From NCBI GenBank assembly GCA_963676835.2, contig CAXXFF010000002.1, positions 1,088,001 to 1,152,000 on the forward strand: 64,000 bases of DNA, in the 5' to 3' direction. The stretch is from Marispirochaeta sp. Its GTDB lineage: Bacteria; Spirochaetota; Spirochaetia; JC444; Marispirochaetaceae. The position numbers and the translations under genes were made by a program. The notes beneath the pieces are model-generated. The model saw only the letters and a program-made list of their open reading frames with translations, did no database searches and was not told where the DNA came from. Shown in pieces: positions 18,102-27,708 of the stretch (positions are counted from its first letter, which is position 1; each line of letters begins with the position of its first letter).

Positions 18102-20078
18102 CTAGTCGAGACCTTCCAGTTCTTCGATCCAGAGCCTGGCATCCGCATCTGACGGCATGCGCCAGTCTCCACGGGGAGAGAGGGATATGGTTCCCACTTT
18201 GGGGCCGTCGGGAAGACAGGAACGCTTGAACTGCTGGGAGAAGAAACGGCGGTAGAAGCTTCTCAGCCATTTGAGTATTACTTCTCTGGAGTGTACCTCT
18301 GCAAATACGCTGTAGGCCAGGAGAAATACTTTCCGGGGGGCGGTTCCGCAGCGGACGGCATGGTAAAGGAAGAAGTCATGCAGTTCATAGGGGCCGATGG
18401 TATCCTCGGTCTTCTGGGCTATCTCTCCGTTTGCATCCGGGGGCAGCAGCTCCGGCGAAATGGGTGTGTCCACAATATCATGCAGGACAACTGCTGCTTC
18501 TGGAGTCGCCCAGGTTTCCGCCGCATAGCTGACCAGAAACTTCACCAGGGTTTTCGGTACTCCCGTATTAACAGCATACATGGACATATGGTCTCCATTG
18601 TAGGTACACCAGCCCAGAGCGAGTTCCGACAGGTCTCCCGTACCAATGACAATTCCGCCTACCATATTGGATTTGTTCATAAGGTGCATGGTCCGCTGAC
18701 GGGCCTGGACGTTTTCGTAAGCCGTATCTTCCGGGCGTCCGGAGTGGTTCAGATCCTGCAATTGGGTGGTGCAGATATCCCCGATGTTGATGGTTTCAAG
18801 GGGTACTCCCAGGGCCTTACTGAGTTTCTCGACATTCCCCAGGGTTCGGCCGCTGGTTCCGAATCCCGGCATGGTGTAGGCCTTGATACCGGAGATATCA
18901 AGCCCCGCCTCCCGGAAGGCTTCCACGGTAACCAGCAGGGCCAGGGTTGAGTCCAGGCCGCCGGAGAGGCCGATAACTACATTTTTACAGCCGATATGCA
19001 GGAGCCTGCTGGCAAGGCCGGCACTCTGTATTGCAAAAATCTCTCTGCAGCGGGCTTCCAGATCCGCCGAAACCGCCGGAACGAAGGGGTTGCGTGCCAG
19101 TCTTCGGTTCAGTTCCCCCGCAGATACCTGCGGAAGCTTTACAGCCACCTCTATGCGCCGGTAACGTGCTTCTGCAAGGTCCGCTCCCTGGCTGAAGGTG
19201 GTGGAATTAATTCTCTCGTGATTTATAAAATCGATGTCTATATCTGCTGTAAGCAGGGTACCTTCTCTGGAGAAACGTTCGCTCTCGGCTAAAACACCGC
19301 CGTTTTCCGCAATAATGCAATGTCCGCCGAAAACTGTGTCGGTGGTGGATTCACCTACCCCTGCAGAAGCATATACGTAGGCGGCAAGACAGCGGGCGGA
19401 CTGCTGGCGAATCAGTTCTCCCCGGTAGGCGGCCTTGCCGACCAGCTCGTTGCTGGCGGATGGGTTGAAAATTATCTGCGCCCCTGCAGTACTCTGGCTG
19501 CCGCTGGGAGGAGCGGGGGACCAGAGATCTTCACAGATCTCGATACCGAAGGTAATATCCAGGCCTGAATCCGGGGATAAACAGCTGAACAGCAGATCCG
19601 ATCCAAGGGGGATGGAGGTTCCGCCATAACGGATCTCCTCATTTTTAATCCTGCCTCCACCGGCAAACCAGCGGGACTCGTAGAATTCACGGTAGTTGGG
19701 GATAATTATTTTGGGCACAGCCCCATGGATTTTGCCGCCGCCGATAACCAGGGCACAGTTGAGGAGTCTGCCGTTAAATCGCAGCGGAAGTCCTATAATA
19801 AATATGCCCTGTATCTTTTTGGTGGCCTCTGCCAGGTATACCGCAGCGGTTTCCGCCGAGCGTAACAGGGAGTCCTGCTGAAAGAGATCGCTGCAGGTAT
19901 AGCCGGTTATTCCCAGTTCGGGAAACACGGTTATTCCAACCCCTGCTGCTGCACTTTCCTTCATCAGCTCCAGGGTGTTTTCACAGTTGAAAACTACCGC
20001 GCCGGGTTTTACCGGGGGAACCGCGGAGGCTGTACGAATATATCCAAAATCTGCTAATGATTCTTTGATGGCTGCCAT
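18102..20078 (-). CDS. nadE: Glutamine-dependent NAD(+) synthetase
   Basis: Nitrilase domain FPEL, K, EICEDLW; synthetase SGGLDS, ENVQAR, GTGDLSE. Confidence 0.96.
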   Translation of the reverse strand: MAAIKESLADFGYIRTASAVPPVKPGAVVFNCENTLELMKESAAAGVGITVFPELGITGYTCSDLFQQDSLLRSAETAAVYLAEATKKIQGIFIIGLPLRFNGRLLNCALVIGGGKIHGAVPKIIIPNYREFYESRWFAGGGRIKNEEIRYGGTSIPLGSDLLFSCLSPDSGLDITFGIEICEDLWSPAPPSGSQSTAGAQIIFNPSASNELVGKAAYRGELIRQQSARCLAAYVYASAGVGESTTDTVFGGHCIIAENGGVLAESERFSREGTLLTADIDIDFINHERINSTTFSQGADLAEARYRRIEVAVKLPQVSAGELNRRLARNPFVPAVSADLEARCREIFAIQSAGLASRLLHIGCKNVVIGLSGGLDSTLALLVTVEAFREAGLDISGIKAYTMPGFGTSGRTLGNVEKLSKALGVPLETINIGDICTTQLQDLNHSGRPEDTAYENVQARQRTMHLMNKSNMVGGIVIGTGDLSELALGWCTYNGDHMSMYAVNTGVPKTLVKFLVSYAAETWATPEAAVVLHDIVDTPISPELLPPDANGEIAQKTEDTIGPYELHDFFLYHAVRCGTAPRKVFLLAYSVFAEVHSREVILKWLRSFYRRFFSQQFKRSCLPDGPKVGTISLSPRGDWRMPSDADARLWIEELEGLD

Positions 20079-20236
20079 GAATGCATGATAGGATGGTGGG
20101 TGCCGGGAGGTCAAGTTTCCGGAAAGAGACAGATTTATGTGGTACCCTGTGGAGTGTTTCCTTTTTTTCAGACATCTGATAGTCTGTTTGCCAACCTTGA
20201 GTCGGCCTATGGCCGAGTAGCAAAGGAGTCGTATTG

Positions 20237-23200
20237 ATGCAGAACAGGATTTCTCCTGAGAACCTACAATATTTTTTATCTTTATATACCAGCATGTTTA
20301 CAGCCCGGGAAATAGACCGGATTGAAGAGAGTTACACCCAGCGGGGAGAAGCCTTTTTTCATGTTTCCGGCGCGGGACATGAGGCCATAGCTGCACTTGC
20401 GCAGCATCTTACTCCCGAAGACTGGCTTCACTGTCACTATCGGGATAAATCCCTGATGCTTGCCCGGGGCATGGATGCATCCATGTTCTTTCATGCACTC
20501 TTCAATAAAGATGCTTCCCACTCCCGTGGGCGCCAGATGAATGCTCATATGAGTGACCCGGCACTCAACATCCTCAGCCTGGTAGGCCCTGTGGGCAATT
20601 CGGGACTGCAGGCAGCCGGTGTAGCCCAGGCTGTGAAGGATAATGCAGGCAGTCCGGTTGTTCTCTGCTCTCTGGGGGATGGAATGAGCCAGCAGGGGGA
20701 TGTGCTGGAAGCTATTGCCCATTCTGTCCGGGCTGAGCTTCCGGTTCTCTATGTAATTCAGGATAACGGTTTTGCCATATCCACCCGTACCGGCGGCAAT
20801 ACCTTCTACCGTACTCCCGACGGACTGGCAGACAGCTTTTACGGTATCCCCATTACCCATTTCGACGGCCGTAACGCGGTGGAAGCCGACCGGGTTTTTA
20901 AAGAGACGGTTGAAAAGATGCGCAGCGATCGCCGCCCTGCTATTCTTATAATGCAGGTGGAGCGGCTTTCCAGCCATACCAATGCCGATGATCAGCGTGT
21001 TTACAGAAGCGAGGACGAGATTGAAGCAGCCCGCAGTACCGGTGATCCCGTGGCTATTTTGCGGGGACTTCTGCTTGAGGCAGGTGCTTCTGAGGATGAG
21101 TTTGAAGAGAAAGAGGCAGAAATACGCAAGGAGCTCGAACAGGCTGCCAGAGAGAGTCAGCTTGGACCTGAGCCTGCGGCGGTTCACGACGCAGTTAAGC
21201 CCTATCCGGAGAGCCTGAAGGCGGTTGGTGAGATAAGTGCCGTCGACGGTGAGGGTGATCCTCATACAATGATTGAAACCCTGAGGGAAACCCTTTCTAT
21301 GCGGATGGCCGATGATGAGCGGGTTATCCTTTTCGGTGAAGATATTGAAGACCCCAAAGGCGACGTTTTCGGCGTTACCCGGGGTCTTTCGCAAAAATAT
21401 CCCGGCAGGGTGATCAACTCCCCTCTGGCCGAAGCTTCCATTGCGGGAATATCCGGCGGACAGGCTCTGGCGGGAAAACGCCCGGTGGCTTTCCTGCAGT
21501 TTGCCGACTTCCTGCCCATCGCCTTCAACCAGATTATTTCCGAGCTGGGAAGTATGTACTGGAGAACCGACGGCGGCTGGGAGACGCCGGTAATTGTAAT
21601 GATCTCCTGCGGCGGCTATAAGCCCGGCCTGGGACCCTTTCATGCCCAGTCCATGGACGGCGTTGCGGTACATACCCCGGGTGTTGATGTTTTTATGCCC
21701 TCCCGGGCGGATGATGCGGCGGCCCTTCTGAATGCAGCCTTTGCATCGGAGCGGCCAACCCTCTTTTTCTATCCGAAAAATCTGCTGAACAGCCGTGATT
21801 TTGCCACAAAAAAAGATCCTGCCCAGCTGCTGCTCTCTCCCGGTAAAGCCCGGACTGTACGGGAAGGTTCTGATATTACCCTCATCGGCTGGGGAAACAC
21901 GGTGGTGCACTGTACCAGAGCTGCTGAATCCCTTGCCGCGGCCGGTGCTTCTGCGGAGGTTATTGACCTGAGAACCCTTGCTCCCTGGGACAAGGAGGCG
22001 GTTATTGCTTCTGCGTCCAAAACCGGCAAGGTAATCGTTGTTCATGAAGACAACCACAGCGCCGGCATGGGAGCTGAAGTTATCAGTACCATAGCGGAAG
22101 GCTGCAGTACTCCGGTGGAATGCCGCAGAGTAACCCGGGGCGATACCTTTGTTCCCTGTAACTTTGCCAACCAGCTTGAAGTTCTGCCAAGTTACAGCAG
22201 GGTACTTGAGGCTGCAGTGGATATGCTGGGCGGTTCTATTGTCTGGAAGAAAGAGGAAGATGAATCCGGCGAGCTCTATGGTCTTGAAGCTGTGGGCTCC
22301 AGTCCTTCCGATGAGGTTGCCACCATTATTGAATGGTTGGTGAAAGAGGGTGACTCCATTGAGGAAGGTCAGGAAGTTGCCGAACTCGAGGCGGATAAAG
22401 CCATGATCACCCTGTCCAGTCCGGTAGCCGGTGTTATCAGTTCCATCGATGTCCCCGATGGTGAGTCGGTGAATGTCGGTACGGTGATTGCAAAAGTCCG
22501 GCTTCCTCAAGGGTCGGTACGGATCAAACCTATTACCCGGGAAGAGCCGGGCACACCCGAAATCAGCGGCCTGAAAACCGGCCCCGCTGCTGCAGGTCCG
22601 GTGATGCAGACCGGAGCAGTGGCAGCCATTGCCGGTGTCCGCAGTTCTCTTGGCGGCAGATTGGTCTCCAATAAAGAGATTTCTGAACTCTGCCCCACCT
22701 GGAGTGAGGCAGACATAGTAAAGAGAACAGGTATACAGGAGCGTCACTGGGTTGGAGAAGGGGAGAATGCTGTAACCCTTACCACCGATGCCGCTTCGAA
22801 GTTGCTGGATGATATGAACATAGGTGTGGAAGAGATCGATCTGATAATCTGTTCCACCACAACTCCCTTTATGAATACTCCTGCTCTGGCAACCATGGTA
22901 CAGTATGAGCTGAATAAGAAATATGGAGCCGACTGCAGCTGTGCTGCCTACGATATAAATGCCGCCTGTTCAGGCTATGTCTACGGCTTGCAGATTGCCT
23001 ATGACTATCTGGCCCAGCGGCCGGCTGAGAAAGTGCTGGTGCTTACGGCGGATGTACTTTCCGACCGTATAGATACCGCAGATCCTTCCACTGCCCCGGT
23101 ATTCGGCGACGGTGCCAGTGCAAGCCTTGTGGTTGGATCAGGACTGATCGGATCAATAGGTAAACTTGAAGTTAAGCGGCCGGTGCTCTCTGCAAAGGGT

Positions 23201-23584
23201 GAAGACGGATCACTGCTGCGCATTCCGAAAGATCCCTCGGAACCGGTATTTATGGAAGGGCCAGAGGTTTTCCGCAAGGCGGTTTCCGCCATGGCAGAGA
23301 TTCTCAAGGATGCCTGCAAGGTTGCAGGAGTCAGTCCGGACGAGCTCGATCTGGTTGTTCCCCATCAGGCAAACCAGCGGATTATCGATGCGGTACGGCA
23401 GAAGCTCAGGGCGGATAAGAGCAAAGTTTACAGTCTTATTTCCGGCATCGGGAATATCTCCTCTTCAACCATTCCGTTCTGTCTGGAACGGCTGCTTGAA
23501 GAGAAACCGGAAACTGAGCTTCTCGGCCTTACAGCCTTCGGCGGCGGGTTTACCTTTGCCGGCGGAGTGTTGAAGAAAATCTGA
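20237..23584 (+). CDS. Fusion protein: 2-oxoacid dehydrogenase E1alpha + E1beta + lipoyl domain + FabH (KAS III)
   Basis: TPP motif GDG..DN, RLSSHT..DD; E1beta FGEDI, SPLAE, QFADF, GPFH; lipoyl EADKA; KAS III AACSG, PHQAN, GNISS, FGGG. Confidence 0.93.
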   Translation: MQNRISPENLQYFLSLYTSMFTAREIDRIEESYTQRGEAFFHVSGAGHEAIAALAQHLTPEDWLHCHYRDKSLMLARGMDASMFFHALFNKDASHSRGRQMNAHMSDPALNILSLVGPVGNSGLQAAGVAQAVKDNAGSPVVLCSLGDGMSQQGDVLEAIAHSVRAELPVLYVIQDNGFAISTRTGGNTFYRTPDGLADSFYGIPITHFDGRNAVEADRVFKETVEKMRSDRRPAILIMQVERLSSHTNADDQRVYRSEDEIEAARSTGDPVAILRGLLLEAGASEDEFEEKEAEIRKELEQAARESQLGPEPAAVHDAVKPYPESLKAVGEISAVDGEGDPHTMIETLRETLSMRMADDERVILFGEDIEDPKGDVFGVTRGLSQKYPGRVINSPLAEASIAGISGGQALAGKRPVAFLQFADFLPIAFNQIISELGSMYWRTDGGWETPVIVMISCGGYKPGLGPFHAQSMDGVAVHTPGVDVFMPSRADDAAALLNAAFASERPTLFFYPKNLLNSRDFATKKDPAQLLLSPGKARTVREGSDITLIGWGNTVVHCTRAAESLAAAGASAEVIDLRTLAPWDKEAVIASASKTGKVIVVHEDNHSAGMGAEVISTIAEGCSTPVECRRVTRGDTFVPCNFANQLEVLPSYSRVLEAAVDMLGGSIVWKKEEDESGELYGLEAVGSSPSDEVATIIEWLVKEGDSIEEGQEVAELEADKAMITLSSPVAGVISSIDVPDGESVNVGTVIAKVRLPQGSVRIKPITREEPGTPEISGLKTGPAAAGPVMQTGAVAAIAGVRSSLGGRLVSNKEISELCPTWSEADIVKRTGIQERHWVGEGENAVTLTTDAASKLLDDMNIGVEEIDLIICSTTTPFMNTPALATMVQYELNKKYGADCSCAAYDINAACSGYVYGLQIAYDYLAQRPAEKVLVLTADVLSDRIDTADPSTAPVFGDGASASLVVGSGLIGSIGKLEVKRPVLSAKGEDGSLLRIPKDPSEPVFMEGPEVFRKAVSAMAEILKDACKVAGVSPDELDLVVPHQANQRIIDAVRQKLRADKSKVYSLISGIGNISSSTIPFCLERLLEEKPETELLGLTAFGGGFTFAGGVLKKI

Positions 23585-25426
23585 TTATTCTGAAGCTGCG
23601 GGCTGGAGATTCCGTATTATGCGGATCTCCTGCCTGGTGGCTCTGTGGCGTATTTTGAAGAAAAGTGTTTTGCTGCGTACATCGTAGACCCATCCGTCGC
23701 TGTAGCGCTGAAACTCCGGATCACTCTTCCATGGAATTCCATGCATCTGAATCTGGTCGAAGGGTTCAACATTAAACACCGCAAAATGGTGAATTCCGCC
23801 CTGGGGAAACTGAAATGAAAGCACCGAGGTATTTCCCGGCTGAAACCGTACATTTGCCGCGGTGGTCCACATCCACTCCCGGCCGGCACCGAGGTCGATA
23901 ACCCTGGGTGTATAGGATGACTCCCGGTACATTCTCAACAGATTCTCAAAGGTTTCCGGCTCCAGTACCGAAGCAGATTCCCTGGTGGCAAACTCTGTCA
24001 TTTCGTAGCCCGCAGGCATTCTGCCGTACTCACCGGAGGAGCGGACTGCAGAAAGGAGCAGCCCGTATCCGATGGAGCGGGTAAGGGAGTCTTCGCTTTC
24101 ATGCATCAGTTTCCCTGCCTTGACATTAACCCGGGTATCGCTTCCGTCTGCCAGGTGGATGCCGTAGCTGTCATCACCGGTGGGGCAGATTCTGGGCAGA
24201 AGAATTTCCCGTATAAGAAATCTGATTGCAGGGTTGTCAGTACTTCCCCGGTTCAGCAGGAACTCTCCTGCATTCAAGGCAAGAATCAATGCCCTATCGT
24301 CAGCGGGCTCTTCCAGGATGACTTTCTCGGCGGTCTCTTCCAGAGACTTCAGTGCTGCAGTTGCTTCGGGTGTTCCGGAGGCGATGAAAATTTCCAGCAG
24401 TTCCGGATCGGCAAAGACATCGGGGCTGCCGTCCACCGCAGCAGAAATGGTTTGTATGGTAAAGCTCCGGACTGAATCGCCGAAGGATTTCAGCGGATCA
24501 ACCACGGAACCGAGATAGAGGGCGCTGGTTCGGTCTATAAGCCGTGGACTGCCTTCGGCAAGGCGGTTTCTGGTCTGCAGGTAGGTTCCCCGGTACAGGG
24601 ATTCCAGCAGCATGGCAGACGCGGTGGTCCCTTCTCCGGGGGCATCTGCGGCGTATTCCCAGGAGCCCGCTGCTGCAAGCCAGCGCTCTTTGTTCCATCC
24701 CTGCCAGGCTGTTTCTGCCAGCCGGGCGAGGGCAGACTCGAGGGTATCTTTATTTCCGGGGAAGGGATGTATATCGAACCAGACCCGGATAAGGGATTCA
24801 TCATCTTTGGGATTGAGAAAGCGTACTTCCTGAGGCTCTGCTCTTCTGGGGATTGAAACCCTAGAGTCAGTTACCCGGGTGTAAGGACTGAAGGACGCCA
24901 CACCTCCGGAACTTCCGGTACGGGATGCCCTGAGTATCGGAAGGCCGGTATGGACGGAGGCTTCCGCTCCTGTCCAGGGCAGGCGAATACCGCTGATGGT
25001 CTCATCCTTCACTGCGCTGAAGTCGACACTCATGGTGTAGCCGGCACTGTCTGTATCAGATTCGTTTATGGTAAAGCTTATCCCCGACAGAAAAATAATT
25101 TTTATGGTACTGCTTGTCCGGTCAATTTTTGTTATCGAGGCCTGAGACTCACTTCCGTCGGCATGCACCAGCACTCCTGCGCCGTTTTCGGGAAAATCCA
25201 GAGAAAAGCTGCGGTACTTGAGGGTAAACGAACGGTAGGCTGCACCTTTTCCGGGCAGCAGACCTCCTGCGACCCCTGCTGTCTGCCGGGCGGAAATGCT
25301 CATCTCTCCCAGGGTATATCGTACCGGACGGGTTTCGCCGAATTCCCGGTAGAGAAGACCGCCGATAATGAGAGCATAGACAACAAGCACAAGATAGTAG
25401 GCCGGTTTTACCCTGGTTTCACGCAT
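23585..25426 (-). CDS. Hypothetical membrane-anchored protein
   Basis: 613-aa ORF with one N-terminal TM; promoter TTGCCT-17-TACAAT lies 6 nt before the ATG. Confidence 0.75.
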   Translation of the reverse strand: MRETRVKPAYYLVLVVYALIIGGLLYREFGETRPVRYTLGEMSISARQTAGVAGGLLPGKGAAYRSFTLKYRSFSLDFPENGAGVLVHADGSESQASITKIDRTSSTIKIIFLSGISFTINESDTDSAGYTMSVDFSAVKDETISGIRLPWTGAEASVHTGLPILRASRTGSSGGVASFSPYTRVTDSRVSIPRRAEPQEVRFLNPKDDESLIRVWFDIHPFPGNKDTLESALARLAETAWQGWNKERWLAAAGSWEYAADAPGEGTTASAMLLESLYRGTYLQTRNRLAEGSPRLIDRTSALYLGSVVDPLKSFGDSVRSFTIQTISAAVDGSPDVFADPELLEIFIASGTPEATAALKSLEETAEKVILEEPADDRALILALNAGEFLLNRGSTDNPAIRFLIREILLPRICPTGDDSYGIHLADGSDTRVNVKAGKLMHESEDSLTRSIGYGLLLSAVRSSGEYGRMPAGYEMTEFATRESASVLEPETFENLLRMYRESSYTPRVIDLGAGREWMWTTAANVRFQPGNTSVLSFQFPQGGIHHFAVFNVEPFDQIQMHGIPWKSDPEFQRYSDGWVYDVRSKTLFFKIRHRATRQEIRIIRNLQPAASE

Positions 25427-25470
25427 GGGCCGATTGTATCAGGGCCGTGATTGTGAGGCAAGGTGGATTT

Positions 25471-27642
25471 TTATTTATCCCGTGAGCCGTTGAGCAGCTG
25501 GTAGGTGAAGAAGAGCCGGGCAAGGGATGTGGATACCGTCTGTAAATCAGCAGGTTCCCTGCTGAGAGAGACGGCCTCCGGAAGGTCACTCAGGCCGAAT
25601 TCCTTGAGAACCCTGCTGCACCAGCTTACCAGTTTTCCGTGTTCTGCCCGGAGACAGAGTTCCTTAAGCTGCTCCGCCTGATCGAAGAAGGGCTGGAAGG
25701 AGCGGGCTTCTTCCATTATCAGTCTGAGACCGGCACCGGATTCACCGTTTTCCCTGCTGTAGATCCAGTCCAGTCTGGGGTTGTATTCATCCAGTGCTGC
25801 TGCCAGGGAGAGGATATTCTGCTGATGATATACACCACGTTCTGCAGGCACAATCTGAAACAGCCTGCTCAGGTACCGTGTCCGTTCTCCGGCTACCGAA
25901 AGAGCAACCATAATATCGAGAATAGCCCGGGTCGGGTGACCGGGAATGCTGAGTACTTTTTCGAGCTCCTCCGGGTTTGATGGATTTCCTGTCCGGGCCA
26001 GAGACTTGGCAGCAGCTGCAGATATCCTGGGATCCTTGCTGGAAAAGAGCCGGTTCAAAGCATCAACTCCGGCACTGTCCGGATAGGCTCCCAGGGCAAA
26101 AATCGCACTTTGCTGCTGGGGTGACTCTCGGTTTTCCGCTTCCCTGATAATAAGGGGAAGCAGTCCCGGGCGGGGATTGGTAAAAAGGGATATAAGAATC
26201 TGCTCTTTTTCCGGGGCAATGGGGTTGTCCAGTATCTGCCGCAACTGGGGTTCCGCGTGGGGGGTGGGCGCGTAGTTCAGTGCGGTGAGGATTGTCTGCC
26301 GCTTTACCGGGTTATCGGTAAGGTGGAAGTTGTATATATCCATAAAGGTTTTAAAGTTTCTCGGAGAGAAGATAATGTTCGCGGTTTCTCTCATCCCCAG
26401 GCTGCCGTAATCCCGCACCGAAAGAACCAGAATCAGTGAAAGCCCGCAGTAGGCGGCCCCGGCAAAAAAGGTGAGGGTATACGAGGAGCCTACAGGCAGG
26501 GATATCTTCTCATTCAGGTCGATCAGGATACCGCCAATGAGGCCGGTGAGAAAGGCAAAGAGGGCAGTGAGAAAGTTGAGGAGCGACATGAAGCTGATCT
26601 TGTCGTGGGAGGGAATCACATTAAGCACCAGCCGGGCAACCAGCTGGTAGGTGGCGGCCTGCAGAAAAGTTGTTGCAAAACCGAGGAGAAGAAAAACTCC
26701 CAGGGGAGAATTGTTCAGAATACCCCAGAGCAGGAAGGTAATGCCCTGGCCGATAAATGCTGCCAAAAGCAGGGGCTTTGAGCCTATGCTGTCCATAATG
26801 GGGCGCAGAAAAAGGCCGCTTACCATCATGCCGAAGGTTCCCACCACGGAGAAGAGAAAAACCATGTTCTGGGGGTAATCGGCAACCACCCGCAGAAAAG
26901 GAACAGCAAAACCGATAAGAACCGCCGCAGAGAGGCTGAAGCAGCGGATAAGAATAACCAGAATCTGTTCCCTGTTTTTTACCGCCCGGGCAAAAACCTT
27001 GATAAGGCTGTTTCCCTTCTGGTAGCGGCTCTTTTCTCTGAAAGGTATCTTCATTAAAAAGAGGGCTGCAATGGTATTGGCGAATATACCCAGGCCGATA
27101 AGAATCAGCAGACCGTTGAGGTTGTTGAAATAGGCGAAGGAGGTAAGACCGTAGCTGAGCAGCTGGCTGACCAGACGGGCGGACTGGTTGCTGATAAAAA
27201 GCTGGGCGACAAAGCGTCCCCTTGTTTCGGTGGTTACCAGCATCTGCTGTACCGGTTCCGCCATGGAGGCGCCTATTATACGGAAAATACAGAATACCGC
27301 GTAGACTGCCAGGATGATTGCAACAGCCGTCTGCCCCCGGGTGAAGAGAACCAGAAAATAGAAAAGACTGGCGGCTCCCCGGAACATCCAGGATGCGTAA
27401 AACATCTTGTTCAGGTTGATTTCATTGCTTATACGGGGAAGGATCAGCACCACCAGCCCTGCAATATGAACGGCGGAAGAAATAAAGCCCAGCTCGGTGT
27501 TGGTGGGATTGAACTGCAGCGCCAGCAGATAAATGATGGTTTCCGCAAGGAATCCGTATCCGAGGCCGTTGAATAGTGCATGTCCCAGCATAAGCCGGGA
27601 GCCCCGCTCCCGCTCTTCCCGGGTAAGGAAATCAGTTATCAT
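25471..27642 (-). CDS. MFS transporter fused to a C-terminal HEAT-repeat domain
   Basis: About 410 aa with 12 TMs, then helical repeats (SAIFALGA, AAAAKSLAR). Confidence 0.8.
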   Translation of the reverse strand: MITDFLTREERERGSRLMLGHALFNGLGYGFLAETIIYLLALQFNPTNTELGFISSAVHIAGLVVLILPRISNEINLNKMFYASWMFRGAASLFYFLVLFTRGQTAVAIILAVYAVFCIFRIIGASMAEPVQQMLVTTETRGRFVAQLFISNQSARLVSQLLSYGLTSFAYFNNLNGLLILIGLGIFANTIAALFLMKIPFREKSRYQKGNSLIKVFARAVKNREQILVILIRCFSLSAAVLIGFAVPFLRVVADYPQNMVFLFSVVGTFGMMVSGLFLRPIMDSIGSKPLLLAAFIGQGITFLLWGILNNSPLGVFLLLGFATTFLQAATYQLVARLVLNVIPSHDKISFMSLLNFLTALFAFLTGLIGGILIDLNEKISLPVGSSYTLTFFAGAAYCGLSLILVLSVRDYGSLGMRETANIIFSPRNFKTFMDIYNFHLTDNPVKRQTILTALNYAPTPHAEPQLRQILDNPIAPEKEQILISLFTNPRPGLLPLIIREAENRESPQQQSAIFALGAYPDSAGVDALNRLFSSKDPRISAAAAKSLARTGNPSNPEELEKVLSIPGHPTRAILDIMVALSVAGERTRYLSRLFQIVPAERGVYHQQNILSLAAALDEYNPRLDWIYSRENGESGAGLRLIMEEARSFQPFFDQAEQLKELCLRAEHGKLVSWCSRVLKEFGLSDLPEAVSLSREPADLQTVSTSLARLFFTYQLLNGSRDK

Positions 27643-27657
27643 TCTAAGAGTATAATC

Positions 27658-27696
27658 TATCCGTGGAGCCGTTGCATTGCAACGGCTCCACGGATA
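27658..27696. repeat. Perfect 19-bp-arm palindrome (REP-like element or terminator)
   Basis: TATCCGTGGAGCCGTTGCA-T-TGCAACGGCTCCACGGATA. Confidence 0.85.
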
Positions 27697-27708
27697 AGAA
27701 TCAACTAA

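Noticed and set aside
20282..22747. 821-aa antisense ORF
   Set aside because: Lies entirely opposite the E1-FabH gene, has no recognisable motifs or RBS, and is a typical codon-bias shadow ORF
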